Assembly (NCBI GenBank): GCA_015521295.1
Contig: WAOL01000065.1
Coordinates: 1-57,499, forward strand
DNA from: Desulfurococcales archaeon
GTDB lineage: Archaea > Thermoproteota > Thermoprotei_A > Sulfolobales > NBVN01
Length of the DNA: 57,499 nucleotides
Direction of reading: 5' to 3'
The position numbers and the translations under genes are program-made. Shown here piece after piece: positions 50,911 through 57,499 of this stretch. The notes under the pieces are model-generated. The model did no database searches. It saw nothing but the letters and a program-made list of their open reading frames with translations, and was not told the DNA's origin. Every line of letters begins with the position of its first letter. Within the stretch, counting starts at the first letter, position 1.

Positions 50911-51000
50911 CCCATTAACCCTCAATCTAATGAGGAGTTTTCCCAATAAGAGTGTTTGCGTAAACACACAGTACTAGCTTAATGGTGGGAGATGCACCTC

Positions 51001-51777
51001 TCACAATACAGTGAGTGCCTTAATGAGCACGGCTAAGGCCAGGAAAGTCATGCCTGCCGTCATGACTTTCCTTAAAGTCGTGTTTGATGCAACCTTAACG
51101 GTCTTGGCTACCAACGGCGCGCTCAGCGCTGTTCCGGCAATCATTGGCGCTATGAGTGCTGGGTTAAGTAGCCCGGTAAGCCCATACAGGATAACTGCGG
51201 TTACCTCAGTTATGAATTCCGCCATGGACGTGACAGCGACTGCTGACTTTGGATTAACCCCCAGTATTAGTTGCCCCGCGGTCACTATGGGGCCGTATCC
51301 ACCACCGGTTAATCCCTTGTTGAAGCTGGCGACAGTGGCTATGAGGAAAAGCTTCTTAGTCGAGTACTTAACCCTGACCCTCCTGCTTAACACGACCAGA
51401 ACGCTCATGGATAGCATTAAGATGGCTACGTAGGCCTTAAGTAAGTTCACCGGCATGTGTAGCATAAGGATCACAGCAACGAGGGGGCCCACTATCCCTG
51501 AGACCCCTAGTATTATGGCTCGCCTCGATTCCTCGCCTCCCGGCCTTAGGTCGGCGTTCCCAAACCTATGATGCATAAGGGAGAGCACGGAGTTCCCCAC
51601 TAACTGGGAAACAACTACCGAAGAGACAGCGTTGAGCGGGTTAACCCCTAGAAGTATGAGTACTGGCGTTAAGATTGTTCCGTACCCCATCCCTATGACG
51701 CCACTGACGTACTGCGTCGCTAGTGCTAAGGTGATTAGGGTCGTGGTCCACGCTAGCGATGCTGGCTCTAACGGCAT
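51001..51777 (-). CDS. TauE/SafE sulfite-exporter-family membrane protein
   Basis: GMGYG.ILTP.L, GGGYGP...GQL..G..PK.AVA.TS; start placed at ATG 51777. Confidence 0.88.
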   Translation of the reverse strand: MPLEPASLAWTTTLITLALATQYVSGVIGMGYGTILTPVLILLGVNPLNAVSSVVVSQLVGNSVLSLMHHRFGNADLRPGGEESRRAIILGVSGIVGPLVAVILMLHMPVNLLKAYVAILMLSMSVLVVLSRRVRVKYSTKKLFLIATVASFNKGLTGGGYGPIVTAGQLILGVNPKSAVAVTSMAEFITEVTAVILYGLTGLLNPALIAPMIAGTALSAPLVAKTVKVASNTTLRKVMTAGMTFLALAVLIKALTVL

Positions 51778-51893
51778 TCTCTCCCCATAATTATTTATAA
51801 TTATCACTAATTAAAAATAATTACTCTTAATGTCGCGGAGAAGGCTCATGTACGGGGTGCCTTAAGAAGCGGTCAGGAAAACGTTGCTCTGGC

Positions 51894-52439
51894 TTAAATC
51901 TCGATCCCGTGCTTCCTGAGTAGGTTGAGCACAGCTTCCTTATTCTTCTCTGGCGGATCGTGCTCAGTGTCTATTACTAGGTCGGGGTTCTCCGGCGGTT
52001 CGTATGGATCGCTTATGCCTGTGAAGTGTTGTATCTCCCCTTTCAAGGCCTTCTTGTAGAGCCCCTTCGGATCCCTCCTTATGCATTCCTCAACACTGCA
52101 CTTAACCCAGATTTCTAGGAAGGGGACCTCCTCAGCTATAATGTCCTTAATCTTCTTCCTTACGTCCCTGTAGGGTGACACGAAGCTGCATAGAACTATC
52201 ACACCGTTCCTCGCTAGTAGCCTCGCTATCCATGCGACCCTGAGGAGGTGGCGTTCCCTCTCCTCCTTCGTGAAGCCGGCCCCGACGTTTATTGTTTTCC
52301 TGACCCAGTCCCCGTCTAGGAGCTCCACCCTGTACCCCGCCTTACTTAACTCCTCCTTAACTAGGGAAGCCACAGTTGTCTTACCACTTGCGGGGAGTCC
52401 CGTGAACCATGCGACTAAGCCTTTCTCTATGCACTTCAT
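51894..52439 (-). CDS. cysC: Adenylyl-sulfate (APS) kinase
   Basis: WFTGLPASGKTT, LDGD, RDPKGLYKKA, FTGISDPYE.P. Confidence 0.97.
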   Translation of the reverse strand: MKCIEKGLVAWFTGLPASGKTTVASLVKEELSKAGYRVELLDGDWVRKTINVGAGFTKEERERHLLRVAWIARLLARNGVIVLCSFVSPYRDVRKKIKDIIAEEVPFLEIWVKCSVEECIRRDPKGLYKKALKGEIQHFTGISDPYEPPENPDLVIDTEHDPPEKNKEAVLNLLRKHGIEI

Positions 52440-52532
52440 GGTTACCGACCCTAACCTACTTAGACGCTTTACTTAAAAGGATGAGGTCCCCCGCCAACGT
52501 TAATTTGGGTCGAGCAACCACCTCTTGAGGAG

Positions 52533-53927
52533 TTGATATTGAGCGTAAGCAACCATGACCCTGTGGACGCGGTCGTTAGTGGGGAGGCATGGATAGCTAT
52601 TTACGGCATGGGGTACGTTGGCAGGGCATTAACTGCGGCTTTCCTCAGGCGTGGTCTGCGGGTAATCGGCGTCGATATCGATAAGAGTAAGCTAAATGAC
52701 ATTCGAGAGGGCCGCGTGAAGTTCTTTGAAGCAGAGGTCAGGGAAGCTATTGCTGAAGGTCTTAAGACGGGTGCCTTGAAATTAACGAGTGATGCTGTCG
52801 AGGCGTCCCGTCAATCAAGGGTTAAGGTAGTTACGGTCCCTATACACTTCGACTGGAACCACAGGATCGTGAGATTTGATGCTTTCATTGACGCAGTAGC
52901 ATCCGTGGGTGAGGGGCTAAGTGCTGGAGACCTAGTGGTAATTGAGTCCAGTGCACCGCCAGGCACTACTGAACGTGTCGCTAGACCGGTTCTTGAATCC
53001 ATAAGTGGGTTAAGAGCTGAGGAAGACTTCCTCCTCGCCTATAGTCCGGAGCGCGTCTACGTTGGCAGAGCTTTAAGGGACATTGAGGAGAACTACCCTA
53101 AGATCGTGGCTGGGATCGGTCCCCAGAGCCTTGACGCGGTAGTGCGCCTCTACTCGCTAGTCGCTCGTAAGGGCGTCGTGAGGCTTTCCTCGACGATCGC
53201 GGCGGAGTTCGAGAAGCTTGCTGAGGGAGTGTATAGGGACGTAGTGATAGCGCTTTCCAACGAGCTTGCCTTAGCGGCCCAAGCACTAGGCGTTAACTAC
53301 TACGAGGTTAGGGAAGTAGCTAACACTCAGCCTTACTGCCACCTACTCCTGCCCGGTCCCGGCGTGGGTGGGCCGTGTATACCCTCGTACCCATACTTCC
53401 TGATAGGTGAGGCGACGAAGGTCGGGGTCTCGATGGAGTTAACGAGGCTTGCCAGAATCATTAACGAGTCCATGCCCTCAATCGTTGCTGACTTAGCCCA
53501 CAGGCTGGTAGTTAAGCATGGACTGAAGCCCAGGGGTGTGCGGGTAGCTGTCCTTGGCGATGCCTTCAGGGGGGACATCGACGATCCACGCCTATCACCG
53601 ACACATGGCGTGGTTTCCACACTCCTCAGTAGGGGATATAGGGACATTATCGTGCATGACCCACTCGTGATCAAGGATGACTACTTGAGTGAGTTAGGTG
53701 TGGGCTTAACAAACAACTTACGTGAGGCCCTCAAGGACTCATTACTGGTAATCGTATGCGTTAGGCACTCAGCTTACTGGAGGCTTAAGGTGTCCAGCAT
53801 AGTCGAGTTTTCTGGGCGTGAGCCGCTAATCGTTGACGCCGTTAACGTGCTTCACGACGATGTCAACTACAGCGTTAGGGGTAGGTTACTCGTGCTGGGT
53901 GTCGGTGACCTCAAGAAGTGTCCTTAG
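52533..53927 (+). CDS. UDP-N-acetylhexosamine/nucleotide-sugar 6-dehydrogenase
   Basis: GMGYVG, IESS.PPGTT, YSPER, GPGVGGPC. Confidence 0.92.
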   Translation: MILSVSNHDPVDAVVSGEAWIAIYGMGYVGRALTAAFLRRGLRVIGVDIDKSKLNDIREGRVKFFEAEVREAIAEGLKTGALKLTSDAVEASRQSRVKVVTVPIHFDWNHRIVRFDAFIDAVASVGEGLSAGDLVVIESSAPPGTTERVARPVLESISGLRAEEDFLLAYSPERVYVGRALRDIEENYPKIVAGIGPQSLDAVVRLYSLVARKGVVRLSSTIAAEFEKLAEGVYRDVVIALSNELALAAQALGVNYYEVREVANTQPYCHLLLPGPGVGGPCIPSYPYFLIGEATKVGVSMELTRLARIINESMPSIVADLAHRLVVKHGLKPRGVRVAVLGDAFRGDIDDPRLSPTHGVVSTLLSRGYRDIIVHDPLVIKDDYLSELGVGLTNNLREALKDSLLVIVCVRHSAYWRLKVSSIVEFSGREPLIVDAVNVLHDDVNYSVRGRLLVLGVGDLKKCP

Positions 53928-54830
53928 CCCGTCAACAAGCTCTATCTTAGGCTCCCACCCCAACACCTTCCTAGCTCTTTCCACCGACGCGACACTGTGC
54001 CTTATGTCACCCTTCCTAGGCGGGGCGTACCTAACCGGAACCTCCCTCCCTACTACACTCATTACCAACTTAGCCAGCTCGTTGATAGTCGTTCTCGTTC
54101 CTGTTCCTATGTTTAGGGTTGCGCACGTTTCAGTGGCGGTTAGCGCTTTAATTACGGCCTCCACCACGTCCTCAACGTGGATGAAGTCCCGGCTCTGTTT
54201 GCCGTCACCATATATTACTATCTCCTTCCTGTTCATTACTGCGTGGATGAACTTCGTTATGACTCCAGAGTAGGGGCTTGAGGGATTCTGTCCCGGACCG
54301 TACACGTTGAATAAGCGTAGGATAACATATTCAGGCTTCTCCAAGCTTTTCATTAAACTCTCGAGGGCAAGCTCTCCCGCGAGCTTTGAGGCTCCATAAG
54401 GTGATATTGGCTTCGTTGGGTGCTCCTCATCTATGGGTAGGTACTTCGGGATGCCGTACACCGCAGCCGAACTCAGGTAAATCACCTTTTCTACGCCAGC
54501 ACTAATCGCTGCCCTAACCACTGCGGCAGTTCCTTCCGCGTTGACGTGCATGTACGTGTGCGGTTTCTCGACGCTCTCAGCAACATCTATTAGTGCAGCC
54601 GAATGTACTACCGCGTTGGGCCTCAAGCGGTTTAGGGCTTCATGCATTGCGGCGTAGTCCGTTATGTCTGCCTTAAGCAGGTCTATGTTGAGTTGCTTGA
54701 GTGTTGCTAACCCCCTTGGGGAGGGTCTTGAAAGGTCATCTATGACTGCCACCTCATGACCTTGCCTCACTAACTTCATAACTATGTGATGCCCTATGAA
54801 GCCAGCACCGCCAGTGACAACTACCCTCAC
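53886..54830 (-). CDS. NAD-dependent nucleotide-sugar epimerase (GalE-like SDR)
   Basis: TGGAGFIG, SSAAVYG, YGASK, NVYGP, RDFIHV.D. Confidence 0.94.
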   Translation of the reverse strand: MRVVVTGGAGFIGHHIVMKLVRQGHEVAVIDDLSRPSPRGLATLKQLNIDLLKADITDYAAMHEALNRLRPNAVVHSAALIDVAESVEKPHTYMHVNAEGTAAVVRAAISAGVEKVIYLSSAAVYGIPKYLPIDEEHPTKPISPYGASKLAGELALESLMKSLEKPEYVILRLFNVYGPGQNPSSPYSGVITKFIHAVMNRKEIVIYGDGKQSRDFIHVEDVVEAVIKALTATETCATLNIGTGTRTTINELAKLVMSVVGREVPVRYAPPRKGDIRHSVASVERARKVLGWEPKIELVDGLRTLLEVTDTQHE

Positions 54831-54836
54831 TACCCA

Positions 54837-55469
54837 CTACCTCTCAAGAAGTGCTAGGTGTTTCCTAAGTATCCTCACATCCTTCCCACAGTGCCCGCAC
54901 CTGAACGTCACCGCCTCCTCATCCTCCTTAACAGGCTTACTCAGGTCTAATGGTCTTCCGCAGTAGCACACGAAACCCCTAACACGCGCAGGGTTCCCGT
55001 AAACCAGGGCGTGCGGAGGCACATCCTTAGTGACGACCGCCCCAGCACCAACCATCGCATACTCCCCTATAGTCACACCACACACGATCGTTGCATTCGC
55101 ACCTATGGATGCACCCTTCTTAATCAAGGTCGGCACGACTTCCCAATTCTCATTGAAAGACCTCGGATACAGGTCGTTCGTGAGCGTGGCGTGTGGGCCT
55201 AGGAAAACATCGTCCTCAACCTTAACCCCCCTGTAGACGGAGACGAAGTTCTGGATCTTTACCCTATCACCTATCTCGACCCCAACATCAATATACACGC
55301 CCTTACCTATGTTACAGTTCCTCCCTATCTTAGCGCCTGCGCGCACGTGTGCGAAGTGCCATATCCTCGTCCCCTCACCTATCTCCGCCCCCTCCTCAAC
55401 GACGGCGGTAGGGTGTACAAAGTAAGACCTGCTTTTCCTAGGTCCGCCCACGCTGAATTCAGCCTCCAT
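54837..55469 (-). CDS. Hexapeptide-repeat N-acetyltransferase (WbpD/WlbB-like) with C-terminal Zn ribbon
   Basis: HPTA.VE.GA.IG.GTRIWH, KIQN.VS, TND.YPRS, GNPAR, C.CG...C..CG. Confidence 0.92.
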   Translation of the reverse strand: MEAEFSVGGPRKSRSYFVHPTAVVEEGAEIGEGTRIWHFAHVRAGAKIGRNCNIGKGVYIDVGVEIGDRVKIQNFVSVYRGVKVEDDVFLGPHATLTNDLYPRSFNENWEVVPTLIKKGASIGANATIVCGVTIGEYAMVGAGAVVTKDVPPHALVYGNPARVRGFVCYCGRPLDLSKPVKEDEEAVTFRCGHCGKDVRILRKHLALLER

Positions 55470-55693
55470 TCATTCTAGTGGAGTGGAATTATAGCTTAAC
55501 TTGCTTCCTCATAGATGCTGTGGTGCATTCATTTCGAGTCTTCCAAGAGGTTTCTTGCAAGGCATCCACGCTGATCCTCGTACTCGTTAGTTAAGGGTAA
55601 TCATGATCAAGTAATTACCTAATCGATACCTCTCCCCAGTAAACCTAGAGGTTATGAAGGCACCGAAAAAAGTGTTAGTGAAACATTAAGGGC

Positions 55694-56020
55694 CTACTTT
55701 CCCCCCTCACTCCCTGTCTGCCCAATAGAGGGTGTTGACGTGCTTCCACCACTTTCTAATTCCTTCTCCAGCCTCTTCAGCTCCTCCTCCAACTCCTTCT
55801 CAATCTCTTCGATGGGTTTCGGTGGGGGCGTGGTTGCTAGGGTGTACCCTATCCACGCCAGGATCCCGAAGACTCCCGCAACCGCTATTGCTCCGGTTAA
55901 CTTCAGCACGATTAAGTCAATCCCCGCCCACGGAGGGAAGAACACAAGCCACACGTAAACCACGATTACAGCTATGGAAACCACGACTAAGCCAGCCCCG
56001 ACAACCTGATCTTTGCTCAT
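55694..56020 (-). CDS. Small two-TM membrane protein with C-terminal coiled coil
   Basis: MSKDQ..G, two TMs, LAWIGYTLATTPPPKPIEEIEKELEEEL. Confidence 0.85.
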   Translation of the reverse strand: MSKDQVVGAGLVVVSIAVIVVYVWLVFFPPWAGIDLIVLKLTGAIAVAGVFGILAWIGYTLATTPPPKPIEEIEKELEEELKRLEKELESGGSTSTPSIGQTGSEGGK

Positions 56021-56101
56021 CTCTGCTCCCTCCACAGAACTTATTCAAAGAGAAATGCATGGACGAAATATTAAAGGATGACGCTTTCTTACAGGCCCTC
56101 A

Positions 56102-57499
56102 TCATGGTAGCTTAGAAGGTACGGCATTACTTAAGAGCCAAGCAACGTACAGCCACTGGAGTCCAACGTACAGTGGAACTACCCACCTCCATTTCCTCGA
56201 TCCCCATGCCTGACTTAACGCGTAAGCTACGAACAACCAGTACGCGGTGTTCATGAGTACTCTATGAACCATGAATCGAGGGGTTAAGGTGAGCAACGGG
56301 ACAAGTGTTAATGCGGTCGAGGTTAAGAATGGTAAGTATTTACTTAACTCCCCCTCTCTCCATACCTTAATACCCCCGGCCGTTGCCAGTAAATAAGTTA
56401 GCCATGTTGCTGGAACTCCCCAAAGCATGATTAATAGCTGGAAGTCCAACTGGGTTATTGTTGGCGCGCCACTAGCCAATAACTTGCCCGCGAGCACCAC
56501 ATACCTCGGGGACACTAATAACTCCCTTGCCACTAGCCATGAAGAACCGCTAACGACCCACGTAACAAGGGTGGGGATATCCAGAAGAAAGAGCGGCGTA
56601 TACAGTATCCAAGCCTCCGAGTGAGTAGCTGCTGTAGCTAGGGACGCTACCCCAAGCAATGCAAGCCTACGGATCTCTACGGAACTTTCACGCCACCCAA
56701 GCCGCCAATAAAGGGTAGCTAACGCTAAGCACATTGCCGCGAGGTTAGCGTGATAACCGCCAAAGACGAAGTAGAGGGGAACAGAAGCAAGGAGCGCGGC
56801 CGTGAACCCAAACCACTTTCCGATCCCCACCCTCCTACATACGCCTTCCGCAAGCACCGTCACCAAGGCACCAGCACCAGCTATGTAGAGTACGTCAAAC
56901 ACCCTGAACGGAATAAGCCTAGTTATCAGGAAGACGAACCCCACGAAGAGCGGTCTATCACCCTGATTGAACTCCAGTAACCTAACTGTTATGTTGCCCC
57001 ACTCAGTGCTCCGTAGCCAGCGCCAGTAGTAAATATGGTCAACATCAACTAACACGCCCCTAGGATTCAGCCACGGGTAGTAAGGAGCCATAAGCATTAT
57101 GAAAGCAATCAGCCAAGCGGTCACAGCCTCACTAAGCGTTAAGGAATCGCTACCAAATACCTTAACCCTAAGCAACCAGCCCCACTTAAGCCTCCTAGCC
57201 TGCCTTAGTAACGAAGCAACTAATAACCCGGTACACACAGCTAAGGCAACGTACCATACCTTAGCGGAAGGCACACCTGCAACGTACAAGGACAAAAGAA
57301 CGTACGCAACTCCGCGCCCGCCACCCAACGCTGCCACACCGCCGACAAACCCGATTATGAGTACGATGTAGGCAAGAGTCGCCCAGTACTCAAGCGCTGA
57401 CCTAATTCTAAGGAACGGAACCACACCCACAATCATGGCTACCCAAGACGCTATTAGGGCTGTCACCCAAACACCCTCAACCCTAAGGCCGTAAGGAAC
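56102..57499 (-). CDS. Multi-pass membrane protein, possibly GT-C-fold glycosyltransferase (frame open to window edge)
   Basis: More than 10 TMs; loop LVDVDHIYY (DxD), DRPL, and THSEAW motifs; next to glycan genes. Confidence 0.6.
   Translation of the reverse strand, partial: VPYGLRVEGVWVTALIASWVAMIVGVVPFLRIRSALEYWATLAYIVLIIGFVGGVAALGGGRGVAYVLLSLYVAGVPSAKVWYVALAVCTGLLVASLLRQARRLKWGWLLRVKVFGSDSLTLSEAVTAWLIAFIMLMAPYYPWLNPRGVLVDVDHIYYWRWLRSTEWGNITVRLLEFNQGDRPLFVGFVFLITRLIPFRVFDVLYIAGAGALVTVLAEGVCRRVGIGKWFGFTAALLASVPLYFVFGGYHANLAAMCLALATLYWRLGWRESSVEIRRLALLGVASLATAATHSEAWILYTPLFLLDIPTLVTWVVSGSSWLVARELLVSPRYVVLAGKLLASGAPTITQLDFQLLIMLWGVPATWLTYLLATAGGIKVWREGELSKYLPFLTSTALTLVPLLTLTPRFMVHRVLMNTAYWLFVAYALSQAWGSRKWRWVVPLYVGLQWLYVAWLLSNAVPSKLP

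Overview
Core-chromosome segment of a thermophilic crenarchaeon (Thermoproteota, Desulfurococcales-like). Evidence for this placement: undivided rpoB, split rpoA1/rpoA2, rps25e, rpl35Ae, rps7-tuf-rps10 with no EF-2 between them, and Ced genes. Bases ~1-45.8 kb are mostly housekeeping: dcd/thyX, DNA ligase, family-4 UDG, trmI, PolB1, a Ced DNA-import cluster, EndoV, proteasome beta, LeuRS, the RNAP/str operon, an intron-containing tRNA-Lys(UUU), tRNA-Ser(GGA) and about nine box C/D guide RNAs, several with rRNA targets I can read by eye. Bases ~45.9-57.5 kb are an accessory sulfate-activation/glycan locus: sat, cysC, two TauE, a DHH phosphoesterase, an AlkP/NPP-type enzyme, two RHH proteins with an 'LRxLGY' tail, nucleotide-sugar enzymes, a DPM3-like small protein and a GT-C-like membrane protein. 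The most interesting leads are: (1) a PAPS-making module with no classical sulfotransferase or sulfite reductase, in which the RHH proteins carry the LGY tail the AlkP enzyme lacks; (2) four genes whose conserved N-termini lie upstream of any in-frame ATG/GTG/TTG, suggesting ATA/ATT initiation; (3) an unexplained ~118-nt structured, probably pseudoknotted RNA with its own TATA box. All family assignments are from motif recognition by eye; no database searches were run.
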